This document shows, piece by piece, positions 41,234 to 51,118 of a DNA stretch of 64,000 nt. Within the stretch, counting starts at the first letter, position 1; each line of letters opens with the position of its first letter. Below the pieces are notes generated by a model. The model did not search any database, was not told the DNA's origin, and saw only the letters and a program-made list of their open reading frames with translations. This DNA comes from an uncultured Pseudomonadota bacterium. Its GTDB lineage: Bacteria; Pseudomonadota; Gammaproteobacteria; Steroidobacterales; Steroidobacteraceae. The position numbers and the translations under genes were made by a program. The DNA lies in NCBI GenBank assembly GCA_963741745.1, contig CAVUJF010000001.1:122345-186344 (forward strand), in the 5' to 3' direction.

Positions 41234-42721
41234 ATGGATATGAATAGCTCGCCCGAACCGCAGATTCGCCAGGCCCAGGCGCTGCAGAGCGCCGGACGCC
41301 TGGCCGATGCCGAGCAGGCCTACGCGCAGATCCTGGCACGCTGGCCGGCGCTGCCGGACTGCTGGTACAACTTAGGGGTGGTCCAGCGCCTGCAGGGCCG
41401 CGCCGAGCAGGCGCTCGCCTCCTACCGTGAAGCCCTCAACCATGGGGTGTCCCGGCCCGAGGAGGTCCATCTCAACCGCGCGGTCATTCTCAGCGATGCA
41501 CTGCAGCGCGTGCCGGAGGCGGAGGACGAGCTGCACACGGCCCTGCGGCTGAACCCGGCCTACCTGCCGGCGATGCTGAATCTCGCCAACCTGCACGAGG
41601 ATCGCGGCGAGCGCGACCAGGCGCGCGCGCTGTACGGGAAGATCCTGACGCTGGATCCGATGAGCTTCCTGGCCTTTGCGCGCCTGGCCAACCTGATGCC
41701 GCGCGGCTCGCACGACGCGCAGCTGATTGCACGCCTGAGGTCCGCACTGGCGCGACCGGAGGCTTCCGCCGGCGACCGCGCGCACCTGGGATTTGCACTC
41801 GGGCGCGCGCTCGATGGGATCGGGGACTACCCGGGGGCCTTTGCCGCCTACCAGGCGGCCAACACCGACAGCCGCGCGAGCGCCGGCGTACCGGTGCGCT
41901 ACGACCGCCGGGCGCATGAGCAGATCGTCGACGAACTCATCGCCACTGCCTTGCCGGCACCGGTCAGCACGGATGGGCAGGCGCGGCCGCAGCCGGTATT
42001 TATCTGTGGCATGTACCGCTCCGGCTCGACGCTCACCGAGCAGCTGCTCGCCGGACACCCGGACGTGGGCGCCGGCGGCGAGCTACCCCTGCTGTCGCGC
42101 CTCATCAACAGCCAGCTGCTGCCCTTCCCGGCGGCCCTCGCCCGCGCCCCCGCCGCGCAGCTCGCGCGACTGGCGGCCAGCTACCGCGCCAGCGTCGCCG
42201 CGCTCTTCCCGGCGGCCGCCTTTGTCACCGACAAGCGCCCCGACAACTTCTTCTGCATCGGCCTGATCAAGACCCTGTTCCCGGAGGCCAAGATCGTGCA
42301 CACGGTGCGCGATCCCCTGGACACCTGCCTGTCGGTGTTCTTCCTGCACCTGGACCATCGCTTGAGCTACGCCCTGGATCTTAGCGACATCGGGCACTTC
42401 TACCGCCAGTACCAGCGCCTGATGGCGCACTGGAAGCAGCTCTACCCCGGCTCGATCATCGACTTTGACTACGACCAGTTCGTGAAGTCCCCCGAGCCGA
42501 CCGCTGCGCGGCTGTTCGAGGCGCTGGGGCTGGCATGGGACGCGCGCTTCCTGGACTTCCCGGGCCGGGCGCGCAGCGTGCGCACGGCGAGCGTGTGGCA
42601 GGTGCGCGAGCCGCTCTACCAGCACGCCTCGGGTCGCGCGCGGCACTACGCGCGCGAGCTGGCGCCGCTGCGCGCCGAGCTCGGCCTCGCGCCGGTGGAG
42701 TCCCGGGCAGAGGCCGGATGA
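41234..42721 (+). CDS. TPR-repeat / sulfotransferase fusion protein (ST1, intact)
   Basis: 495 aa. The N-terminal TPRs include AEQAYAQILARWPALPDCWYNLGVV and ALRLNPAYLPAMLNLANL. The C-terminal sulfotransferase core has the PAPS 5'-phosphosulfate loop FICGMYRSGSTLTEQLL and a 3'-phosphate motif VRDPLDTCLSVF. Confidence 0.8.
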   Translation: MDMNSSPEPQIRQAQALQSAGRLADAEQAYAQILARWPALPDCWYNLGVVQRLQGRAEQALASYREALNHGVSRPEEVHLNRAVILSDALQRVPEAEDELHTALRLNPAYLPAMLNLANLHEDRGERDQARALYGKILTLDPMSFLAFARLANLMPRGSHDAQLIARLRSALARPEASAGDRAHLGFALGRALDGIGDYPGAFAAYQAANTDSRASAGVPVRYDRRAHEQIVDELIATALPAPVSTDGQARPQPVFICGMYRSGSTLTEQLLAGHPDVGAGGELPLLSRLINSQLLPFPAALARAPAAQLARLAASYRASVAALFPAAAFVTDKRPDNFFCIGLIKTLFPEAKIVHTVRDPLDTCLSVFFLHLDHRLSYALDLSDIGHFYRQYQRLMAHWKQLYPGSIIDFDYDQFVKSPEPTAARLFEALGLAWDARFLDFPGRARSVRTASVWQVREPLYQHASGRARHYARELAPLRAELGLAPVESRAEAG

Positions 42722-43386
42722 CCGGCGCGCCCGAAGTCGTCCCGCTGTTCGCCACGCCCTTCGGTGTGGTCACCTTGCCGGGCGCGCGCGAGCTGAACGG
42801 CGCTCTGGCCACCCTGCTGGCCGCGCGAGCACGGCCCCCCTGGGTGGCTTCCGATCCCGGCTTGCCCGCCGCCACCGTGCGCAGCCGGGACGATCTCACC
42901 GAATGGCAGGAGGCCCCGGTGGCGCAGCTGCTTCAGGAAATGCTGGCGGGCGCAACGGCGGTGGCCGTCTCGATCAGCGATCTGGGCCCCGAGGAGTTTG
43001 CGACCCTGCGCCGCGAGGCGCGCGCCTGGTTCACCGTCATCGGCACCAACGGCTGCGTGCCCCCGCACAGCCATCCAAACACCTCCTGGGTGGCCGTGTA
43101 CTGCGTGACGGCACCCCCGGCCGTCCCGGCGCGTCCGGACAGCGGCGCACTGCGGTTACACGAATTCCGGCCCGGGGGGATGTTCGTGGATTCCGCCCAG
43201 GGTAGCGCGCGGATGCCCTACCGCCCCGGGCATTGCACCTGGCGGCCTGTTCCCGGCCAGATGGCGGTTTTTCCCGCCGCGATCACCCACGAAATCGCAC
43301 TTTTGCGTGCAGATGGCCCCCTCATCCTGGTCAGCGCCCGGGTCCGGTTCGTCGGCGTCGACCAGCCGTGGATGCCCCCGTGGTAG
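42718..43386 (+). CDS. Small 2OG-Fe(II) oxygenase-like protein (2OG-FeII_Oxy_5 / TIGR02466-like), copy 1
   Basis: 222 aa. The ATG overlaps the ST1 stop (ATGA). It has PLFATPFGVV, PPHSHPNTSWVAVYCV, GALRLHEFRPGG and GQMAVFPAAITHEI. This is the pattern I associate with that family, but it is more divergent than copy 2. Confidence 0.65.
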   Translation: MTGAPEVVPLFATPFGVVTLPGARELNGALATLLAARARPPWVASDPGLPAATVRSRDDLTEWQEAPVAQLLQEMLAGATAVAVSISDLGPEEFATLRREARAWFTVIGTNGCVPPHSHPNTSWVAVYCVTAPPAVPARPDSGALRLHEFRPGGMFVDSAQGSARMPYRPGHCTWRPVPGQMAVFPAAITHEIALLRADGPLILVSARVRFVGVDQPWMPPW

Positions 43387-44033
43387 CGCCCGCGCTCACC
43401 CTGCACTCCCGCTTTGCCGTGCCCGTCGCGGAGCTTCAGCTGAGCCCCTGCGAGGCGCTCAATGCGCAGCTGGAAGCACTGTTCCTGGCCCGCGAGACCG
43501 CTGAGTACCGCAATCCGATGCCCAGCCATACGCCCCAGCAGGAGCTGTTCGAGAGCCGGTTCAACCTGTTCCGCTGGCCGGAGCCGTGCGTGCAGCAGCT
43601 GCGGGCCTTCGTGCTGGAGGGGGTCGCCCAGACGGTGCTGCGGGCGACGGACCTGACGCTCCAGGACCTGAGACGCCTGAAGTTCCACAATCACACCTGG
43701 TTCCATATCACCCGGCATGCGGGCTCCTTCGTGACCCACAACCACCCGATGGCCTCCTGGTCGGCGGTGTACTGCGTGCGTGCCGGGCAGGCGGCCCCGG
43801 GTCAGCCCGACAGCGGTGTGCTGCGGCTGGCCGACCCGCGCAGCGGCGCCAATGCCTACCGCGATCCGGCCAACCAGCGCCTGCACCCGCCCTTTGCCCT
43901 GCGCCCGGTGGAGCTGCGCCTGGCTCCCGGGCAGCTGGTGGTCTTCCCCTCCTACCTGTTCCACGACGTCTCACCCTTCTACGGGTCCGACACCCGCATC
44001 ACGGTCGCCACGAACTGCTGGTTTGCCGAATAG
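43380..44033 (+). CDS. Small 2OG-Fe(II) oxygenase-like protein (2OG-FeII_Oxy_5 / TIGR02466-like), copy 2
   Basis: 217 aa. The GTG at 43380 overlaps the copy-1 stop (GTGGTAG). It has THNHPMASWSAVYCV, GVLRLADPRSGANAY, PGQLVVFPSYLFHDVSPF and RITVATNCW, consistent with an H-x-H...H facial-triad arrangement. Confidence 0.7.
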   Translation: MVAPALTLHSRFAVPVAELQLSPCEALNAQLEALFLARETAEYRNPMPSHTPQQELFESRFNLFRWPEPCVQQLRAFVLEGVAQTVLRATDLTLQDLRRLKFHNHTWFHITRHAGSFVTHNHPMASWSAVYCVRAGQAAPGQPDSGVLRLADPRSGANAYRDPANQRLHPPFALRPVELRLAPGQLVVFPSYLFHDVSPFYGSDTRITVATNCWFAE

Positions 44034-44129
44034 ACTATGTCCAGCCGCCACAACCCATCCTGCTGTGGCGTGAAAAACACACTTCAGAAGCGCGTGGATG
44101 CACGGCCGGCAAGCTTCGAATATTGTGTT

Positions 44130-44158
44130 TTGCGCGCACGTGTTGCGGCGTGTAGTAT
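44130..44158 (+). promoter_or_regulatory. Possible sigma70 promoter for the TonB-dependent receptor gene
   Basis: TTGCGC (44130-35), a 17-nt spacer, then TAGTAT (44153-58). It lies in the AT-richer 214-nt gap, ~90 nt upstream of the ATG at 44248. This rests on sequence match only. Confidence 0.25.
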
Positions 44159-44247
44159 TTCTGCAATAGCGGCTGCGAGCGCAACATTCCAGCAACTGCG
44201 CCGCTGTTGCACTTCTTTTCTACCGGAACTTCTGGGGAGATAAACGA

Positions 44248-47200
44248 ATGACGAAGTCCAATCGCGCGTTGCGACAGGCCGTCCGACTCGCTCTGGCGAC
44301 TGCCGCCAGCGCATCGGCACCGATCGCATTTGCGCAGACCGCACCTGCCACTGCCGCCGCTGCAGGGCAGATTCAAGAGGTGGTCGTCACAGGTTCGCGC
44401 CTGGCGCAGGCACCGAACGACGTGTCGATCAGTCCGATCACCAGTGTGAGCCAGGAAGACATCAAGCAGACCGGCTTGGTACGCACCGAGGACGTGCTCC
44501 AGAACCTGCCGCAGGTCGCTGTCGAGCAGACCTCGGGCAACTCCATCAGCTCGGTCGGCGTCGCGACGGTGAGCCTGCGCGGCTTAGGTTCGCAGCGCAC
44601 CCTGGCGCTGGTGAATGGCAAGCGCCTGAACCCCGGCGGTGCCGGTGGCGTTCCGGGCGGCAACGCCAGCGCTGCCGACATCAACCAGATTCCGGCGGAC
44701 CTGATCGAGCGCGTCGACGTGCTCACCGGCGGTGCCTCGGCCGTGTACGGCGCGGACGCGGTGGCCGGTGTCGTCAACTTCGTCATGAACACCCACTACG
44801 AGGGTGTCGAGGTCAATGCTGGTTACAGCTTCAACAACCACAAGAACGATGACCAGACGTACCTGAACTATCTGGCCCAGTCGCGATAACCCGATCCCGC
44901 CGAGCACGGTGAATACCGGCCAGAACCGCACCGCCTCGGTGATCATGGGCGCCAACTTTGCCGACGGCAAAGGCAATGCCACCGCCTACGTCACGTACCT
45001 GAACAGCTCGCCCGCGGTCGGCAACCAGTTCGACCATGCCGGTTGCACGCTGAACGGCAGCTCCTCGTCCCTGAGCCGCCCCGCCGTTCTGCGGCGGTTC
45101 CTCGACCAGCGCCGGCGGCCGCTTCAAACTGTTCGGCCTGGCCGGGACGGGAGCCACCGCCCACCAGGTCACGCTGCTGAACAACACGGTTGACAGGAAC
45201 ACGGGCGCCTTCCGCAACTACAACTTCGGTTAACGGACCCTTACAACTACGGTGCGCTGAGCTACTTCCAGCGCCAGGCCGAGCGCTGGACGGCCGGTGC
45301 GTTCCTGCACTACGACGTGAACGACCACGTGCAGGCCTACTCGGAGACCATGTACGCGCGCAACAAGAACCAGGCGCAGTACGGACCGAGCGGCGCCTTC
45401 GCCTACACCCCGATCCCGACCAGCTGCGACAACCCGCTGCTGACCGCGCAGGAAGTGGCGACCATCTGTACGCCGGCGAACCTCGCCGCGAACCAGGCCG
45501 TCTTCGGCTGGCACCGGCAACCAGTTCACCGAGTACGTGGGCCGCCGTAACGTCGAAGGCGGCGGACGCCAGGACAACTACCTGTCGAACTCCATTCGCC
45601 AGGTCATCGGCATCAAGGGCGAGATCAACAGCGCCTGGTCCTACGACATGTACGGTCAGGTCGGCATCACCGACTTCTCGGACTTCGAAGGCAACTTCCT
45701 CGGTACGCAGCAGATTGCCAATGCCCTGGATGTCGTCAAGAATCCGGCACCGTCAACGGCGCACGTCGTCGGTGTCGCCCGCGGGCGCTGCCGGTGTGCC
45801 GCTCGGCACTGCCCGGCGGCAACCAGCCGACCTGCGTGCCGTGGAACATCTGGCAGAAGGGCGGCGTCACGCCGGCAGCAGCTTGACTACCTGACGGTTC
45901 CGGCCAGCTACGGCTCGAACTCGACGGAGTACATCGTGGATGCCTCCACGACCGGCGACCTGGGCAAGTACGGCGTCCAGCTGCCGAGCGCCAACAGCGG
46001 CCTGAACGTGAACATCGGTACCGAGTATCGCTCGGAGCGGTTCAAGTTCAGCCCGGACTACATCTTCCAGAACGGCTTCCAGGCCGGCGGTGCACCGGCG
46101 GGCCCGATCGATGGCTACTTCCACGTCTGGGAAGGCTTCGTCGAAGGGCGCATGCCGCTGATCGAGGAGAAGCCGGGTGCGTACCTGCTGTCGCTCGAAG
46201 CCGGCTATCGCTACTCCAGCTACACGGAAGGGTTCAACACCAACACCTACAAGTTCGGCGTTGAATATGCCCCGATCCAGTCCTTGCGCCTGCGTGGCGG
46301 CTACAACCGCGCCGTACGCGCCCCGAACCTGAACGAGCTGTACCAGCCGGCAGCAATCGGTGCCGGCGGCACGGCCGACCCGTGCTGGGGCCCGACGCCC
46401 GGTCTACACGTTCCAGCAGTGCGCGCGCACCGGCGTGACGGCTGCGGAGTACGGCAACATCGACGTCAACGGCGCCGCGCAGATCAACACGCAGGTGAGG
46501 GGCGTCACCTCGCTGAAGCCGGAAACCGCGGACACGTTCACCATCGGTGGCGTGTGGCAGCCGGAGTTTGTGCCCGGGCTGTCGATCTCGGTTGACGCCT
46601 TCGACATCAAGATCAAGGACACGATCACCTCGCTGTCCTCGAACTCGATGCTGGCCAACTGCGCCCTCAACAATGACCCAACCTCCTGCTCGTACATCCA
46701 TCGTGGCGCCGGCGGCTCGCTGTGGTTCAACGTCGCCGAGTTCGTGGACGTGCCGTACCAGAACATCGGCCAGGTGGAGACCAAGGGTATCGACCTGGAA
46801 GGCAACTACCACCTGACCATGGGCAACATGGGCCGGCTGGCGTTGAACCTCACGGGCACCTACACGGACAGCTTCACGGTTGCCCCGATCCCGGGTGTCA
46901 ACTATGACTGCGCCGGTTACTGGGGCTCGACCTGCGGTGCGCCGCTGCCGAAGTGGCGCCATGTCCTGAATGCGACCTGGGGCACGCCCTGGGCCGGGCT
47001 GGACCTGACGCTGCGGTGGCGCTACATCGGAACCTCGGATACCGATCGTTCGAGCTCCAACCCGTCGCTCGCGAGCCCGTACTACCCGTACACGGCGCAC
47101 ATCCCGGCCTACAACTACGTGGACGTCTCGGCGGCAATGCCGTTCGGCCATGCGTTCGAAGCCCGCGTCGGTATCAACAACATCGCCGACAAGAACCCGC

Positions 47201-47322
47201 CGTTGATCCTGAACGGCACGTACTCGGACTGCCCGAATACGAGCTGCAACGACAACACCTGGGTGGGCACGTACGACACGCTGGGCCGGTACATCTACAT
47301 GAACCTGACCGCGAAGTTCTAA
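44248..47322 (+). pseudogene. TonB-dependent outer-membrane receptor, at least 7 frameshifts as given
   Basis: Signal peptide plus plug domain are in ORF 44248..44889 (MTKSNRALRQAVRLALATAASASAPIAFAQ, IQEVVVTGSRL, VSLRGLGSQRTLALVNGKR, RVDVLTGGASAVYGADAVAGVVNFV). The barrel continues through frames 2,0,2,0,1,0,1 (position mod 3). Junctions lie near 44876, 45075, 45231, 45505, 45750, 45875 and 46395. It ends with the OMP-type terminus YIYMNLTAKF. Total length is 3075 nt (3n). Confidence 0.85.
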
Positions 47323-47353
47323 GCGAAGCTTCCAGCTTCTTGACGATATTGAC

Positions 47354-47380
47354 GGCGGGCTTCGGCCCGCCGTTTTTTTT
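47354..47380 (+). terminator. Rho-independent terminator after the receptor gene
   Basis: GGCGGGC-ttcg-GCCCGCC is followed by G and T8, about 30 nt after the stop. Confidence 0.75.
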
Positions 47381-47439
47381 GCCTGCGCCCTGGGCACGGC
47401 CGCGGCGGGCGCGCTCGAGCAACGTGGCATCATGCGCGC

Positions 47440-49075
47440 ATGGCACGTGACCTCAAGGCGGACCAGGAATTGCTCGGCAAGGTCCTGGCACACGCCCAGA
47501 ACCGCAACATCCGCCAGGCCGCCGCGCTGGCCGAACAGGCCCTCGCGGAGGGCTTCGAGCATCCGCTGCTGCTCAATGTCGCTGGCGACGCGCCTCGAGG
47601 AGGAGGGCAAGCTCGAGGAGGCCGCCCGCCTGCTCGAGCGTGGCGTCGCGCTGGCCCCGGCAGACGTCCCGGTGCGCAACGCGCTCGCCCTGGTCCTGCA
47701 GCGCCTGGAGCGGCCCGAGGAGGCGCTCGCGCACGTCGAGGTGATCCTCGCGCAGCACCCGCAGCTGGCCTTTGCGCACGCGAGCAAGGGCAACGCACTC
47801 ATCGCCGCTGGGCTCGCTGGGCCTTGCGCAGGCGAGCCACCTGCGCGCCCTGGAACTGGATCCGGACAACATTGCGGCCATGGGCTCGCTGGCCTCGATC
47901 GCCACCCACCGCGGCGATCATGCCGGCGCGCGGCGCTGGGCGGAACGCCTGCTCGCCCGCGTGCCGGGATTCCCGGATGCCGTGCTCAGCCTTGCCGCCG
48001 CCGACCTGGCCGGCGGCGACGACCGCCCGCGCAGAGGCCGCCCTGCGCGAGCTGCTCGCGGACCGCCGCGCCGGGGCCACGGACCGCGCCCGGGCGCTGG
48101 GCCTGCTGGGCGACGTGCTGGATGCCGCGGGGCGCTACGCGGAGGCGTTCGAGGCCTACCGCGCCTGCAACGAGCTCACCGGGCAGACTGTACCGCCGCT
48201 TCGCGCGAGCCGAGCCTGCTCGACCTACACCCGCACGCTGACGGAGACGTTCGCCGCGATCGCGCCGGCGCTGGCCGGCCACGGCCGCCGGCAGCGCCGC
48301 TGCCGCGGACGGCCCGGCGCAGCACGTGCTGCTCATGGGCTTCCCGCGCTCGGGCACGACCCTGCTCGAGGTGATCCTCGACGGGCACCCGCAGCGTGGT
48401 CAGCCTCGAGGAACACGATCTGTTCACCGAGGGTGTGCTGCGGTATCTGCACGATCCACGCACGCTCGGCCCGCTGCTGCGCGCGAGCGAAGAGGAGCTG
48501 GAGAGCCTGCGCGCGGCCTACTGGCGCCGGGTTCGCGCCGGCGGGGCGCAAGTCGCCGGCAAGGTGTTCCTCGACAAGCACCCGCTCAATACGCTCAAGC
48601 TGCCGCTCATCGCGCGACTGTTCCCGCAGGCGAAGATCCTGTTCGCCCGCCGCGACCCGCGGGACGTCGTGCTCAGCTGCTTCCGGCGCCGCTTCAGGAT
48701 GAACCCGGCCATGTACCAGATGCTCACGCCTGGAGAGCGCGGCGCAGTTCTATGACGCGGTGATGGAACTGGCCGCGCGGGCGCAGCCGGTGCTGGGCCT
48801 TGCCTGGTACGACGTGCGCTACGAGAGTCTGATGGCGGATTTTGCCGCCGAGACCCGCCGCATCTGCGAGTTCCTCGGTATCGAATGGACCGGCGGCATG
48901 AGCGAGTTCGCATCCCGCGTGCAGTTGCGCGAAAGCGCGACCCCGAGCACCGCGCAGCTGGCGCGCGGCCTGGACCCGTCCGCGGTCGGGCCACTGGCGT
49001 CACTACCGCGAGCAGATCGGCCCGTTCGAGGCGGTGCTGTCACGCTGGACCGCGCTCTACGGGATGCCTCCCTAG
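47440..49075 (+). pseudogene. TPR-repeat / sulfotransferase fusion protein (ST2), about 10 frameshifts as given
   Basis: Eleven consecutive protein-like pieces each resume one frame further on. They run from MARDLKADQELLGKVLAHAQ...PLLLNV, through LATRLEEEGKLEEAARLLERG... and LGLAQASHLRALELDPDN..., to QHVLLMGFPRSGTTLLEVILDGHPQ. Then follow VVSLEEHDL...ARRDPRDVVLSCF..., LESAAQFYDAVMELAA... and HWRHYREQIGPFEAVLSRWTALYGMPP. The 1636 nt minus 10 gives 1626 = 542 codons. Confidence 0.7.
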
Positions 49076-49094
49076 CGCGCCGCGCTCTGCAGGG

Positions 49095-49592
49095 TCACTG
49101 CGTACGCTGCGCCCGGTAGGTGTGATGCGAGGGCGTCGTGAGCAGGTAGGAGCCCAGCGAGGCACGCCGGATCGTCACCTCGCCCCCGGACTGCGGCGGA
49201 CCGCTCGCATCCAGGTAGGTCCAGGTCTGCCCGTTGTCCAGCACCACGAAGACATTGCCCTGACGGTCCGCGCTTGCACTGACCACGTGCGCCGAGATCA
49301 GCTGCGTCGCCTGCTCGGTCGGTGCCGTGTGCGTGCTCATCCCGAAGCCACCCGCAGCCGCCGGGCACCGCCGCTCCCGGCGCGGCGGCCTGCGCGGCCG
49401 CGGGCGCGGCGGCGCTGCCGGTTGCAGCTTGGCGACGGCGAGCGAGTCGTAACAGGCCAGGCGCTGGTCGACGGCGACAATCGCCGCGCAGTGCGCCAGC
49501 TCGCTGACACTCACCGTCGGTGCCGGCGCCGCCGCCGCCACGGCGATGCCAGCCAGCGCCGGCAGGAGCCAGCCTCTGCGGCCGCCGCTCAC
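49095..49592 (-). CDS. Small secreted/periplasmic protein of unknown function
   Basis: 165-aa ORF. The ATG overlaps the stop of the upstream hydroxylase gene (ATGA). It has a signal-like N-terminus (WLLPALAGIAVAAAAP), then RLACYDSLA and a C-terminal DNGQTWTYLD...TIRRASLGSYLL. The odd basic middle (PPRPRPRRPPRRERRC) may hide two compensating frame errors. Confidence 0.5.
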   Translation of the reverse strand: MSGGRRGWLLPALAGIAVAAAAPAPTVSVSELAHCAAIVAVDQRLACYDSLAVAKLQPAAPPRPRPRRPPRRERRCPAAAGGFGMSTHTAPTEQATQLISAHVVSASADRQGNVFVVLDNGQTWTYLDASGPPQSGGEVTIRRASLGSYLLTTPSHHTYRAQRTQ

Positions 49593-50901
49593 AAGCCCTT
49601 CTCCGCCGCGAGCGCATAGTGGCTCACGTACACCTGGGTCGCTGCGGTGATCATCTCGCGCTCGGCGGCGCTGAGCAGCGGATTCCAGATGTCGAATATC
49701 AGGATGGCGCGCGGGGTGTCGGAGTCGTTCCAGGCTTCGTGCTCGATGGTGTCATCGAACACCCAGGCCTTCCCCGGCACCCACTCGCGCGTGGTCCCGC
49801 CCACACGGAAGCCGCAGCCCGGCGGCACCACGAGCGGCAGGTGGACGGTGAGGCGCGTGTTGGTGACGCCGGTGTGTGGCGGGATTTTCGTCTTGGCGTC
49901 GAGCACGGAGAAGAATGCCGTCGGGGCGCGGTGCTCAATGCGCGGGCGCGGCGCATGCGTCCTCGAGAGTGCGGGCGGTCACCGGGCAGCGCGCGATGTG
50001 CCCCTCATCCGGTGCGCCCTGGTTCCACAGGAAGTACGCGCTCCAGCGCCGCGAGCGGTTCAGTTCCCGGAACTGGTCGAGCGGCATGTCCGGCGGGTAG
50101 TCGAGGTAGGGCTGCAGGCCCTCGCGGTCTGCTATCAGCACGCGCAGCAGCTCGGCGCGGATCTGCTCGCTCGCGCCCTCCAGCGCGTCCAGCCACGGGA
50201 AGTCGGCGCGCTCGAAGAACTCGATCGCCGGCAGCTCGGGGAAGTACATCCAGGTCGGTTGCGAGTGGTAAATGCTGCGCCGGCCCATCAATGCCTCGAG
50301 GCAGGCATCGACCCGCCGCTGCGCGGCGCCGCCGTGGCGCGCGCGAATCGCCGCCAGCGGCGCCTCCAGGGCGCTGGTGAGCTCGGCCAGATCCTTCTCG
50401 ACCAGCCGTTTCGCACGATCGACCGCCTCGCGCAGGTGCGGCGCCGGCTCGGTGCCCGGCGGGATGCAGGCAAGCGCGCTCTGGTAGGTGCGCGCGGCGT
50501 TGTGCAGGTCGCCGGCATCCTCCTGGTGGGCGCCTTTCTGCAGCAGGGCGGACAGGTGGCGCGGCGCGAGCTCCAGTGCCTTTTGGATCGCGTCCATCTC
50601 CTCGGCGCGGCGCCCCAGCGCCTTGAGGCTGCTGGCCAGGTTGGCCCAGAGGGACGGATGGTTGGGATCCACCTGGGTGGCGCGCTCGAACAGGGCGCGC
50701 GCCTGGGCCGCCTCGCGGCGATCGAGCATGCGGATTCCCAGTTCGTTGAGCACCGCCGGGTGATTGGGCACGCGCTGGGCGAGCGCCACCAGGATCTGAT
50801 CGGACTCCGCCGGCGCGGCCGGCGGCGGCGGCGGCCTTGGCGGACTGCAGGGTGCGAATTACCGCGGCATCATCCAGGACAGCAGGCGCTGAGGTGTTCA
50901 A
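49589..50901 (-). pseudogene. TPR-like N-terminal region fused to an aspartyl/asparaginyl beta-hydroxylase (AspH-type 2OG oxygenase) domain, 2 frameshifts as given
   Basis: A TTG start at 50901 gives MNTSAPAVLDDAAVIRTLQSAKAAAAA. It continues in ORF 49935..50789 (ESDQILVALAQRVPNHPAVLNELG...YFPELPAIEFFERADFPWL...). The catalytic C-terminus is in ORF 49589..49906 (KIPPHTGVTNTRLTVHLPLVVP...WVFDDTIEHEAWN...ILIFDIWNP). Junctions lie in a GCC-triplet run near 50815 and near 49945. The 1313 nt minus 2 gives 437 codons. Confidence 0.75.
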
Positions 50902-50989
50902 TCCGTCATTCCCGGTAAGCGTGCAAGATCAGGCGATTATACGCGCGCCCTGCACTGCCGCGGCAGCTCGCGGAGCCGCGCGCGGCTGC

Positions 50990-51019
50990 ATTGACTACCC
51001 CGGCGCAGTCGGCTTATAT
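50990..51019 (+). promoter_or_regulatory. Possible sigma70 promoter for ST3 in the divergent gap
   Basis: TTGACT (50990-95), an 18-nt spacer, then TATATA (51014-19), ~100 nt upstream of the ST3 start. On the opposite strand a perfect TATAAT (50941..50936) lies 35 nt upstream of the hydroxylase TTG start, but without a good -35. Confidence 0.35.
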
Positions 51020-51118
51020 ACCGGCCGCCGTCGCAGGAAGACGCGCGCGCACCCCCGAGCGCGGACTGGACTCCTGCTGCCAGCGCGCTGGCGCCACAGC
51101 ATCCCTGGAGTTCCCGAC

